DNA from: Octopus sinensis
Lineage: Eukaryota
Assembly: GCF_006345805.1 (NCBI RefSeq)
Contig: NC_042998.1
Location: 98,456,001 to 98,520,000, forward strand
Reading direction: 5' to 3'
DNA length: 64,000 nucleotides
Part shown: piece after piece, positions 1-11,759 of the stretch
How the letters are laid out: each line of letters begins with the position of its first letter
Position numbering within the stretch: the stretch's first letter is position 1
The notes under the pieces: generated by a model
The model's database searches: none
The model's input: the letters and a program-made list of their open reading frames with translations, nothing else
What the model was told of the DNA's origin: nothing
Made by a program: the position numbers and the translations under genes

Positions 1-19
1 CTGGGTCAGACAACATAGC

Positions 20-28
20 TACATATAT

Positions 29-78
<50 letters not shown>
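20..78. repeat. (TA)n microsatellite
   Basis: Near-pure TA dinucleotide run. Confidence 0.95.
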
Positions 79-81
<3 letters not shown>

Positions 82-1040
82 GTCAGTCAACCCATATACA
101 TTTTCCCTGATATAAATGGACCACAGTATGAAGTTTCAGTGAAACAAATTACAAAGCAATAAAAGTAAAATATTCCAGTTGCTGAAGAAAGAAAATTTTT
201 TGAACTGCTTACTTTTTAATAACAGAAAAGTAGTTGTGAGATTAGGTTATGAAGTATAGGATAGATCATGAGTGCAAAGCCAGCTATTGTACTGTGTCTC
301 TAAAAGAAGGATGTACCTGCTTTATTTATTTTGCTCCAAGTTAACAGAAAGATCAATACAAAGCATTTCAAAAAAAAAGAAAATCTCCAAACTACTTAGT
401 CAGACACAAATAATAGGCACAAAACATAACTCTGGTTTTAATTGTTATAATAAAAGTGACTTAGAACATGTTTTATAGTATTTTGCTTGTTTGATGTCTT
501 TCTGTTTCTATGTTCAAGACATATCAGGGTTGACTTAGCCATTCATCGCTTTTGGTTTGAAAAAGTAAATATCACTGAACTAGTTAGACTATAATTCTGT
601 TTAAATACCAAAATTCCTAAGGAAAATTATTGCAAAATCAACTTTAATTCTCCAAGCAGGCATATCTATATGGTTAAGAAGTAATCATGGGATTCTAAGC
701 TCAATCTCTCTGCAATGTACTTTGGGCAAATATCTTTATACAAAAAACTTAAATCAACTAAAGTCTTGTGAGGAAAATTTGATACAGGAACTGCAGATGC
801 CTGCCAGATCATCAGCATCATTTAACATCTACTTTTTCACACAGGACAGACGAAATTTGTTGAAGCAGATTTTCTATGACCAGATCCCTTCAGGTCACCA
901 ACTCTCACCTGTTCCCAAGCAAGATAATATTTTCACCTAGCTAGATAGGTTTTACATGGAAGACTGGAAACACCCTAACTAGGATGATAGTGATAATTTA
1001 CAACCATCACATGTCTAGATACTTACATATGCACACACAC

Positions 1041-1195
1041 AAGCTTCTTCCAGTTTTCATTTACCAAAACTACTCATAAAATTTTGGTTGATCTGGGGCT
1101 ATAGCAAAGGACATATGCTCAAGGTACCACATAGTGGGACTGAACCTATAACTACATGGTTGGAAAGCAAGCTTTTTACCACAGCTACTCCTGCA
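1041..1195 (-). mobile_element. tRNA-derived SINE, family A (octopus OK/OR-like), 5' portion
   Basis: Reverse complement aligns by eye to the head of the well-preserved copy at 25434 (GCAGGAGTGGCTGTGTGGTAAG...GGTTCAGTCCCACT). Confidence 0.85.
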
Positions 1196-1655
1196 AAACA
1201 TACGCAAGTATATCTGTGGGAAGCCAAAAATTCAGTACATCAAACAAAAAGTAATTTGTGGTAATTCAATGCCTCAGTTTCTTCCCAATTTTGCCTTTTG
1301 TTCTACTCTAATAAAATAAATACTAGCAATGTACTGAATATAATTGGCTAAAACCCAGCATGGGTGCAATCCAATGATTGAAACACAAAAAAGAAAGAAA
1401 AAATATTAATTCCATTTTTTAATGTTTTGGTGTACTTTAATCTAGTTTGATTTGTTCAATCAATCATCTTTAGGTGTTTGATTTTTTTCTTATATATTTT
1501 TTATCTAGGATGGGTTAGAACAAGTAATTATATCAAATACATATTTACAATACTTTTATTAACTATCAAGTTCCTATGTTGTAGTAAACATAAAATAACA
1601 TAGGTGTAACCATTAAAATGTATAGTTGCAATCCACTTTAGACACTCATATAAAG

Positions 1656-1860
1656 CAGTGGTTTCCAAAGTGGGCGATATTTCCCACTCCCTGGGGGCAG
1701 TGGAAATATCCAGGGAGGTGTTGAAGAAAAGTGGGATGATAATGGGGTGATAGATGTAAAAAAAAAAAAAAAGGTTTATGTTTTAATTGTGAAAAACAGT
1801 TGTTTTGAATTTGCTGCAGAAGGTGGTCTATATTTGTGGTGTGGAGGTTGAGAACCACTG
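1656..1860. mobile_element. hAT-superfamily MITE
   Basis: Termini CAGTGGTTTCCAAA / GTTGAGAACCACTG are inverted repeats, flanked by a perfect 8-bp target-site duplication ATATAAAG (1648-1655, 1861-1868). An 8-bp TSD with CAG ends is typical of hAT. Confidence 0.9.
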
Positions 1861-3381
1861 ATATAAAGGATCAGCTGAACTTCTTAATGATTACTATTGG
1901 TAATCATAAAGTGGTTATCTCATCTGTACTGTGGGCATGTTGTTCACATCCATATATAAAGATTTTTGTACCTTGCTCTACTTGTGTGGATTGATAGCAA
2001 AAACATCAGGCCTAATCAGAAATATTGTTGTAACATCTTTTAAAAGATGGAGGCGTTATGACAGTCAGACAAAGGTTTGACTGCCATATTGACTAAATAT
2101 GAATGACTATAAATCTTTCCTTGCTAGCATGAAAACAACCATGTTAAGTCTATATGGAAGACATTTCATCTTAATTGCTTCAGTGAGGATACTATACATC
2201 TTGTAAGTGGTAACATTACAAAAAGTTGGCTTTAGAACATTATTTGAGAATTCATACAACTGTATGCAATTGATGACTTAGCCAAATTATCATACTTCAA
2301 ATATCTTCATTTTGAATAGAGTTAAACACTTTTCTTTCCTTGTTATTTTGACTTATTGATGTGAATTTCATGTTTACATAAAATAGAAATTTTAAATAGT
2401 TAGGGTTTGCTTTTTTGTTTGTTTTAATAAGGACTCTTTAATGGAAAATTTCAAATGCTACTCTTATAACTACCTAGCAGCAATGATGGTTACAACCAAT
2501 ATCATAAACAGTATAAAATGTTTAAATATTATCATCACCAAGATGATAATCATAACTGACCTTTTAATAATTCTTATGTAAACCATATTGACATGATTTT
2601 GTCTCTCTCATTAATATCACCCTAAAATTCTCCCCACTCTCACCACTTGTTACCAAAGATTATTTATAACAACTTTGAATTTGTTAGAATAAAACTATGG
2701 ATCTTTCTCTTCAAATAGTATAGTTTCCTTCAGAATTTCAAAGTTTTTAACAGTCAGTTGAAATGATTTTAGTCCTTTAAATAATACTGTATAAAGAATC
2801 AGTAAACTCAACACAAATTTGTCCTCAATAAATCAATTTAGTTCACTACAACTTGTGCAACAAAACTATAATCAGTTAAATGGAGTAACGTTGTGTACTA
2901 CATACTTTGACCTTTTATATCCTCACTTAATCTAATCAACATAAAATGTAGCTTTAAACTAACATACTTCATTGCACATTTCTTCTTTTATTTTCATATA
3001 TTCTATTTTATCAGGAACTAAGTAAATCTACAGGAAGCAATCCTTGGGAATGAGTAAAATTTCAAACAAAATGATGAATTTATCAACTGCTCGATTTCAT
3101 TTGTATTTTTAATTTCTTCTCCCATCTAGTTTAGATTTTCTATATTTATCTTCTCTATCATTTCCAAAACAGGTTTTACACCATCTTAGAACTGGAGCAT
3201 AGTGACCACTGACTCCATTTCATAGTCTGCAAAAATAATTTCTCTACCCACAACTTGGTAACCTGGTAGTCAAGATATGTTTTCTCAGAATAATAATTAA
3301 AATTCACTTTTCATTTGTTCAGTCTTTTAGTAGAATATTTTAACAAGAACTAAGTTTTATCAAGCAAGATTCCACTGAAGC

Positions 3382-3581
3382 TTGTCCCCCGTCATGACTT
3401 GACAACTGGTGTTGGTGTGTTTAGGTCCCTGTAACTTAGCAGTTCAGCAAAAAAAAAGACCGATAGAATAAGTACCAAGCTTAACAAAAAGTAAGCACTG
3501 GGGTCAATTCTTTCAGCTAAAAATTCTTCAAGGTGGTGTGCCCCAGCATGACTGCATCTAATGACTGAAACAAGATAAAAG
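3382..3581 (+). mobile_element. SINE family A, 3' half
   Basis: Matches the 3' half of the 25434 copy (TTGACAAC...GTAACTTAGC...GATAGAATAAGTAC...CCAGCATG...ATGACTGAAACAAG). Confidence 0.85.
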
Positions 3582-3769
3582 TGGGTTGCTACTATGCAAA
3601 TAAAAGATAATATAAAATTAAATTTGAACATAAACTTTTTTATTAAAACTCTCTTTAATGTCTAAATCTCTACAGCCATTATGAGTCTGTCATACTAGTT
3701 AAATATATGACCTTTAACTGACATACAAATCATACACACCTCCCAGTTATCAATCAATATTTGTATAAG

Positions 3770-3886
3770 GAGTGGCAAGGTGCCAAACTAAATGCTATAT
3801 AGAATCAAATTTCACACCTTTATTTTCTGAGTTCAAATCCCATCAGAGGATCAATTTTACCTTATAGCCTTTCAGGATCAATAAAC
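3770..3886 (+). mobile_element. Degenerate SINE family C (OR2-like) fragment
   Basis: TTCTGAGTTCAAATCC B-box-like segment followed by TTTCAGGATCAATAAA, as in the copy at 50543. Confidence 0.55.
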
Positions 3887-4665
3887 TGTTTTGTGATAAA
3901 TCAATTGAAATCCCTGCCTTATAGGTTTGTGGCCTTTTACCAGTGTGTGTGTGTGTGTGTGAGAGAGAGAGACCCAGTATGACTGCAGTCCAATGATTGA
4001 AACAAGTAAATAAAAGGAAAGAATATATATGTATACATACATTTATATCACACCAGTGTTATAAAAACAAAAGTGTCATTTGTATATCACATTTCTTAGC
4101 TAGGTTTATCTATCAATGAATGACTAAGTGTATTGACTTTAGAGCAAAAACTTTTTAAACTATACAAATGCAGATAGATTTTAGTTTAGCATTCCAAGTT
4201 AACAAAATGTTTGTCAGTTATGTAGTGCTTCTGTATTTTTTTCTCTTTTGGTGTGCTGCACTTTCTCATAGTAGCTATTCATACTTAGGGGGAATTGACT
4301 CTTGAGAGTTAAGAGTCTTGACAATGAAAACCAGTATCAGATTACTGTCAATATTCTGCTGATACATTAGTATGAAGACCATACGACATGAGAAAAATCT
4401 TCACATATTAGGTAACCCTGTCATCATATCAAAGTTATGTGTTTTTCTCTTATAATTCACATGTCAATCTCATATGAAAACATACAAAAAAAGTTTACAA
4501 TAGAAAATAACTGAACATTTTATAAGCTAAACTCTAAAAGATTACTGAATTTGCATAGCTAATATAAGGTACAAGAAATAGCAGCCAAACTATCCTTAAA
4601 TTATGCTTTATTGCACTGAAAAAGAAAAGGAAACATAAAATAATGAAGTCCTAGATGCTCTATAA

Positions 4666-5276
4666 CAGGTCCCCAACTACTAGGCCACACAAAGAATAAA
4701 TTTAACTATATTTCTAGCTGATTGACTACTGTAGCCTGCAGGGTGTTTTCACATGATATATAGAAGCTTTTATCGCTTATCTTTTACTTGTTTTAGTCAT
4801 TAGACTGCAGCCATGCTGGGGTACCATCCTGAAGAATTTCTAGTTGACTGAATTGACCCCAGTACTTTTTTTTTTTTGAGCCTGTGTGAGATTCTATCAC
4901 ACTTTTGCTGAACTGCTAAGTTATGGGGACATAAACACATCAACACCAGTCATCAAGCAGTAGTTGGGGACAAACACAAAGACACAGATGTAAATATGAT
5001 GGGCTTCTTTCAGTTTCCATCAACCAAATCCACTCACAAGGCTTTAGTTGGCCTGAGGTTATAGCAGAAGACACTTGTCCGAGGTGCCTGCAGTGGGACT
5101 GAACATGGAATCATGTGGTTGGGAAGCAAGCTTCTTACCACACAGCCACACCTATGCCTATGTAATAATTAAATTAAATCATATTATTGTTTTGTTATAT
5201 ATGTGATCCCATGGTATGTAGAAAAATTGTCTTGGATGAAACTGGTTTGTTGTGCAAAAAAGGTTGGAGACCCCTA
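4666..5276. mobile_element. hAT MITE interrupted by a SINE
   Basis: Left CAGGTCCCCAA and right GGTTGGAGACCCCTA termini; degenerate 8-bp TSD CTCTATAA / CCCTAAAA (6/8). Internal sequence aligns with the copy at 28241-28864. Confidence 0.7.
4781..5159 (-). mobile_element. Full-length SINE family A
   Basis: Colinear with the 25434 copy from the tRNA-like head to the CTGAAACAAGTAAAAG-type tail. Confidence 0.9.
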
Positions 5277-5870
5277 CCCTAAAAGACAGTATGGTCACAA
5301 CAGGAATTTCATTTATTATAGGTTTGTTGGATCAGGGTTGAGCTAAGCTAAAGAACAAGTAAATACAAAGGAATTATTTTTAGGCAACATATAGCATTTC
5401 AAAAATGACACCCAATTCACTTTCTAAAGAGCATTTGATTTATTTATAGTTTTTAAACAAGTATCAGTTAAATGTTAAAGCAGTCATCAAGTTACTTTCA
5501 GAAATACAATTACTGATGGAAGTTGTTTGCCATACAAAATAGACTAATTCCGGTGCACAGGTGAAACTGCTACAATTAGAAACCTTTGTTTGATACAATT
5601 TTATTTGTAGAGTGCTTCCAAAAATCATTATATTGATGCATTTAGCTTTGTTCACATCATCAGCAAACACTGTTCATAAATAATAAATGTTTGTGTGTAT
5701 GTGTGCATGCATATATGTGTGTATATATCTGGGTAATGTATGTCTGTGTATATATCTACACACACACTTATGTATTTTATATATACATATAATTATATAA
5801 AAGTACATTTATGTAAATGTGTGCATATATATTTTAATGCATGTATGTATAATCTGAATATTTATTCATA

Positions 5871-5930
<60 letters not shown>

Positions 5931-6444
5931 ATATATGCACACATTTACATAAATGTACTTTTCTAAAGGCAGTGCTCCAGCATGGCTGTAGTCAAATGAC
6001 TGAAACAAGTAAAAGAATAAAAAATATATACATACACGTGCATTTATGTATATTATATATACATATATTTATACATAAATATATTTAAATGTGTGTGTGT
6101 ATTCTTGTGTTTGTATATATATAACAATCAGTATATTTATTTGTGTGTGAGCGTATACATTAGTATGTATGTGTATCAGAACACTTTAGTGTAAACAAGA
6201 ACTATTACAAATAAACTAATTGTAGTAGTTTCACCTGTGGACAATAACTCTATCCTTTGTTTGTCATCTGTGACCGACTTACATCATTAATTGTAATTGT
6301 ATTTCTGAAATTGACTTGAGTGCTTTAACATTTAACTAAAGCTTGTTTTATCTTTGGTTCTCCATATTAAAAACTATATATTAATATAAAGGTATAGAGG
6401 GTAATAAAAACATATATACAAACAAAATAATATTAAGCTATTGA

Positions 6445-6612
6445 TACAGTTTAGGGGCACTCGGTGCATGCTATGAAGTGGTTGGTGAGTGAGTTCCTTC
6501 TACACTCCTTGTCCAACCCTGTCAAAGAGAAAAAGATCAGTATTTCCAAAAACTGATTTTGGCAGAGGTGACTTGCCCAACCCATGCCAGCATAGAAAGC
6601 AGATGTAAAATG
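6445..6612 (+). mobile_element. RTE-LINE-type 3' tail fragment
   Basis: Ends in CCAACCCATGCCAGCATAGAAAGCAGATGTAAAATGAT, the tail shared with the RTE copies in this window. Confidence 0.7.
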
Positions 6613-6635
6613 ATACACATATTATACATACATAC

Positions 6636-6674
<39 letters not shown>

Positions 6675-8334
6675 CATACATACATACATACACACATGAA
6701 AAACTGTATAAGTACACAATATATACTTATAAACTCGTACAGATTAATAGAAATACTTTATGGAAAGTAGCAATACAATGATGGAAGGAACTGCAATAAA
6801 TATTGGAAATATAATGCTCTATAAGAAGAGCGAGAAGAAAAGAACAATAAAAACCATGTGTTACAAATTACTGCGAGTACGAGCTCATCTGTGTAAGTAG
6901 ACCGAATCAACACTAAATACTTGAGAGATAAGAGATGGTTGCTAACGATAAGAAAAAAATATCTTAGAAGCTTTGAAATACATGGAATTAAGTAAAGCAG
7001 ACAAATATATAATACACATTTGAATGTGTGGGAGAATGATAATTTATAAGGAAATAGAAATGACAGTAACACACAGGTCATATATATGTATGTGCATGCA
7101 TATATTTATCTGGATCTATCTACTTATCTACATATAATGTATGCCATCTAACATATTATGCAATTATATATATATATATTCATATTTATCATACATTTAT
7201 ATATGAACATTATATATGTACAGTTCCACGACACAGCTCTGCGCAGAGAAGTGCCGACCAATGATTACATTACATCAATATAAAAGAGACTGTAATTTTG
7301 ACCACTATTGTGTTTGAACTCAAGAGCTAGTCCTGATGATTTTTCAGGAATTCTTTTAAAGTCATGCAAGAAGGTTCTGATGAAAAGAATCATAAAGGAA
7401 TCTGCAGATACTTTTCCACAGCTTCCTTGCATGTGGCAAACTCATTAAAAATTAAATTAAATCTACTAAATACATGTCACAATTGTAAAGGCCTGTCATG
7501 TTTATTACACAAGCATAACAACAGTAACCATAAATACAATTTTACAGTGCCTTTAGAATGTAGGTTATCAAATTGCTGATGAAATTTAATGAGCTGGAAA
7601 CAGTATTGTCCAGTTGGCACCTCTTTTACAGTAGTGATGAGGTTGTATAATAAACATGTCAGCCTCAGCCTATTATGACTCATGTATCTAATAAATTTAA
7701 ATCATCCTATGAATGCAGTGACAGCTAAAACCTCTAGATGTTACCCCAAATAATTTTTGGTATGTGAAATAAACACCACTGGCATATCAGTAATCTATAT
7801 TTACATATACTAATACATGCTTGTTTTCTTATATATCAGCAAAAGTTTGGTTAGTATGTGGTAATAGTGGATACCTACTGTTGAGGACACAAATACACAG
7901 AAATCACATGATTTAGCAGTTCCACCACAACCTGTAGTGGACATTTTCATCTGCTACTGATGCTTTTTAGCACTATATTCTATATGAAATGCTTTCTCAA
8001 CATGAATACTACAGTATATGATGTTCTTACAGTATTAGCCATGTTAAGTAGGATATACAGATTATTATTCAGTACTAATACTGCTTCAATCATTAATAAC
8101 TAATATCCGTCTATGTTAACATCATCATCATTGTTTTAACAGTCACTTTTCCATGCTTGCATGGGTCAGATGAAATTCACTGAGACAGATTTTCAATGGT
8201 TGGATGATCTACTGGCCATTAACCCTTGCCTGTTTCTAAGTTATTTACTCAGGGCCAAATATTTTCAAGAAAGACTAGAAAGTAATGATATCACTTGTAT
8301 AATACTTACAACCATTATGTGATGTTAAGACAAG

Positions 8335-8500
8335 GAGACACAAACATACCCACACAAACAAAATGAGCATCTTTTTGTTCTTTCTACCAAATCCACTTAC
8401 AAGGCTTCAATTGGTCCATGGCTCTAGAAGATAATTACTCTAGGTGCCATACAGAGGGATTGGACCCCAAACCAAGTGGTTGGCAAATCAACTTCTCAAC
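8335..8500 (-). mobile_element. Degenerate SINE family A head
   Basis: CTACCAAATCCACTTACAAGGCTT...GTGGTTGG matches family A in reverse. Confidence 0.7.
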
Positions 8501-8540
8501 CCTCAAAGTCATATATAAATATATATATATTTTTTTATTA

Positions 8541-8733
8541 CTGGTGAAGGCCAGTTTATAGGGTTACCCAGGGTTTCTTGCCATAGAGGTATCCTCTATG
8601 GTGTGTCTTCGGACCCTAAGACTTGTTGGCCTATGAAAAGGTTATAGGCTACCAGGTCTTAGGATCTGATATGTCAAAGAGGTATCCTCTATGGCGAGAA
8701 ACTTGGGGAACCCTATAAACCAGCCCTCACCAG
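8541..8733. mobile_element. Foldback MITE with ~80-bp inverted arms
   Basis: The CTGGTGAAGGCCAGTTTATAGGGTT...CCTAAGAC arm mirrors GTCTTAGG...AACCCTATAAACCAGCCCTCACCAG. Confidence 0.75.
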
Positions 8734-9287
8734 ACTGCTCTACTTCTTAGAATGTGCTTCTCCAAATTTGTTTTTCTAAAAAAACAATTTTTTGTAAATA
8801 CATCAGCATGGGTTGGATGATCTAACTGAGGACTGGTGAATCAGAAGGCTGCACCAGGCTCCAATCTTGATCTGGCAGAGTTTCTACAGCTGGATGCCCT
8901 TCCTAATGCCAACTACTCTGAGAGTGTAGTGGGTGCTTTTACATGCCACTGACATGGGGGCCAGTCAGGCAGTACAGGCAACAACCTCACTCGAATGTTT
9001 TTTCACGTGCTACCGGTACAAGTGCCAGTGAGGTGACACTGGTAACGATCACGCTCGAATGGTGCCTTTTATGTGCCATTGGCATGGAAGCCAGTTGGCC
9101 GCTCTGTCAATGATCGTGCTCGGATGGAACTCTTAGTGCCCCACTAGCACGGGTGCCAGTCATTGAATTTGATTTCGATTTCACTTGCCTCAACAGGTCT
9201 TCGCAAGCAGAGTTTAGTGTCCAAAGAAGGAAAGGTACGCATAATTGGGCTGGTTATGGTCCTGGCATAGGCCACGAGGTTATGGTC

Positions 9288-9560
9288 TCATTTGACTTGC
9301 CAAGTCTTCTCAAGCACAGCATATTTCCAAAAGTCTCGGTCACTAGTCATTGCCTTGGTGAGGCCTAATGTTCGAAGGTCGTGCTTCACCACCTCATCCC
9401 AGATCTTCCTGGGTCTACCTCTTCCACAGGTTCCCTCAACCGCTAGGGTGTGGCACTTTTTCACACAGCTATCCACATGACCATAACAGCACAGTTGTCT
9501 CTCTTGCACACTACATCTGATGCTTCTTAGGTCCAACTTTTCTCTCAAGGTACTTACACT
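9288..9560 (-). pseudogene. RTE LINE ORF C-terminus
   Basis: YGHV...GRGRPRKIWDEVVKHDL...DRDFWK is the typical RTE C-terminal signature. Confidence 0.9.
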
Positions 9561-9699
9561 CTCTGCACATTTTCAGTATTTATTGCTCCTGAGCATCTGC
9601 CACTTACAAAAACTATCTTCCCAGTTAGCCTTCCTTTGATATTGCTGCACCTCTTATGTGTCCATAGCTTACACTGGGTACATCTCATAGAGTTTCTAC

Positions 9700-10321
9700 C
9701 TATGCCTCTACTACAGATCGAGCAGGGCCATCTACCTGAAGGGATTTGCCTGCCTTCCTACTTATTAGGACTTTGGTTTTAGCTAGGTTGACTCTAAGGC
9801 CCTTTGATTCTAATCCTTGTTTCCACACCTGAAACTTCTCGAGTTCTGATAGTGACTCAGCAATTAGAGCAAGATCGTCAGCATAGAGGAGCTCCCAAGG
9901 GCATCCTGTCTTGAATTCCTCTGTTATTGCCTGGAGGACTATGATAAATAGGAGGGGGCTAAGGGCTGACCCTTGGTGGACCTCTACCTCCACCCAGAAT
10001 TCTTCAGTGTACTCATTGCTAACCCTCACCTTACTGACAGCATCCCTGTACATGGCTTGCACAGCTCTCACTAACCATTCATCTATCCCTAGTTTCCTCA
10101 TTGACCACCAGATAAGGGATCGGGGGACCCTGTCAAAGGCTTTCTCCATGTCAACAAAAGCCAGGTACAGAGGTTTATCTTTGGCCAGATATTTCTCCTG
10201 CAGCTGTGTTACCAGAAATATAGCATCAGTGGTGCTTTTCCCTGGCACGAACCCAAACTGCATCTCATCTAAACTGACCCTCTCTGTGACCTTCATTACC
10301 TGATCTAACAACTTGATACCT
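9700..10321 (-). pseudogene. RTE LINE reverse transcriptase domain
   Basis: Translation shows non-LTR RT motifs QFGFVPGKSTTDAIF, FVDMEKAFDRV, HQGSALSPLLF, LLYADD and LRVNLAKTKVL. Confidence 0.95.
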
Positions 10322-10440
10322 CTCTCTCTCTCTATATATATATATATACACACACAGACATATATATATATATATATGCACATACACACAGAGACATATA
10401 TACATATATACACATATACTCATACAAACACACACATATA

Positions 10441-10613
10441 GATTACTAGCCAATAAACCATTATTTTCTCTGTTTATTTCTATTCCTATCTGTTGAAGAG
10501 CATAAGCTCGAAACATAAAAGACTTTCTCACTTCCCAAGCTTTAAACTAATACACCTGTTTGTTCTTTACACACCCATCTTCATCTTTTGTTTTTTTTTG
10601 TAAATTCTCACTA
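10441..10613 (+). mobile_element. Penelope-like element terminal fragment with decayed hammerhead-like motif
   Basis: CTGTTGA-A-GAGC-ATAA-GCTC-GAAAC-ATA-AAAG followed by a T-rich tail. A related copy lies at 42370-42530. Confidence 0.55.
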
Positions 10614-11372
10614 TATATATATATTTATATATATATATATATATACACACATACATACACACGCATACATGTATACACACATACATATATACACACACAT
10701 ATATATATACATACACACACACACATATATATACATACACACACACACATACATATATATGCACACATATACACGTGTATACACACATATATATATATAT
10801 ACCTACACACAGGCATATATAGATTTATATACACACACAGACATATATATATACACACACATACAAACAGACATATACAAACACATATATACACAGACAT
10901 ACATACAAGCATATATATATATATACACACGCACACAAACATAAATATATACACACATATATATATATACACACACATAAATATATACACACATATATAT
11001 ATATATACACACACACATACATATATACACACATATATATATATATACACACACACATACAAAATATTTATATACACACACATACAAACATATATATATA
11101 TAGATATATACACACATACATACAAACACATACAAACATATACACACACACATACAAACATATATATACACACACACACATACATATACACACACACACA
11201 TACATATACACACACACACATACAAACATATATATACACACACACACACACATACATATACACACACACACATACAAACATATATATACACACACACACA
11301 TACAAACATATATATACACACACACACATACAAACATATATATACACACACACACATATATATACTGACACA
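10614..11372. repeat. Compound (CA)n/(TA)n microsatellite with higher-order CATACAAACATATATATACACAC units
   Basis: Seen directly; it explains all the HT/VC-rich ORFs in the track. Confidence 0.95.
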
Positions 11373-11680
11373 TACGTTAAAGAGCAGTAGTAATTATTTC
11401 CACGTGTTTTAATTGTTTTAAAAAAGTAAACAAAATAAAAAACTTCTTTATTTTACATTCTACGTTACATCAGAAGGAAAATTCTTTTGAATATTTCAAC
11501 CTACTTTTCAAACGCTTTAAATGGAAAAGCAAATATCAATAAAAATTATTTGACGATGTTGCCTATTGTATTTAGATATTTTTAAAAGTTACACAAAAGA
11601 CTGTATCCATAGGATTGGGATCATTGCAATTGATGCTTTTTTTTACGGGAACAACAAAGGAGCGACTTACGTTAACGTAC

Positions 11681-11759
11681 CTGTTGATCCCTATAGGAGG
11701 GGGACTCTGCGCAATAGGTGATTAAGAACGATAACAAAGCAGGGGAGGGGTGAAGGGTT
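11681..11759 (-). other. Candidate alternative 5' exon of gene A
   Basis: Acceptor TATCTTTCAG before 11759, donor CAG|GTACGT after 11681, and a second donor AAC|GTAAGT 10 nt downstream. Confidence 0.4.

Larger units (their letters stand above)
8801..10321 (-). mobile_element. 5'-truncated RTE-clade LINE with internal deletion
   Basis: Contains the RT domain, C-terminal ORF segment and 3' UTR with the shared tail. The 5' end stops at a (TC)n tract. Confidence 0.95.

Noticed and set aside
9911-10303. 130-aa plus-strand ORF
   Set aside because: It is the antisense shadow of the RTE reverse transcriptase.
10560-11390. Long ORFs (up to 276 aa) rich in HT/YI/VC
   Set aside because: These are translations of CA/TA microsatellites, and are open on both strands for that reason.
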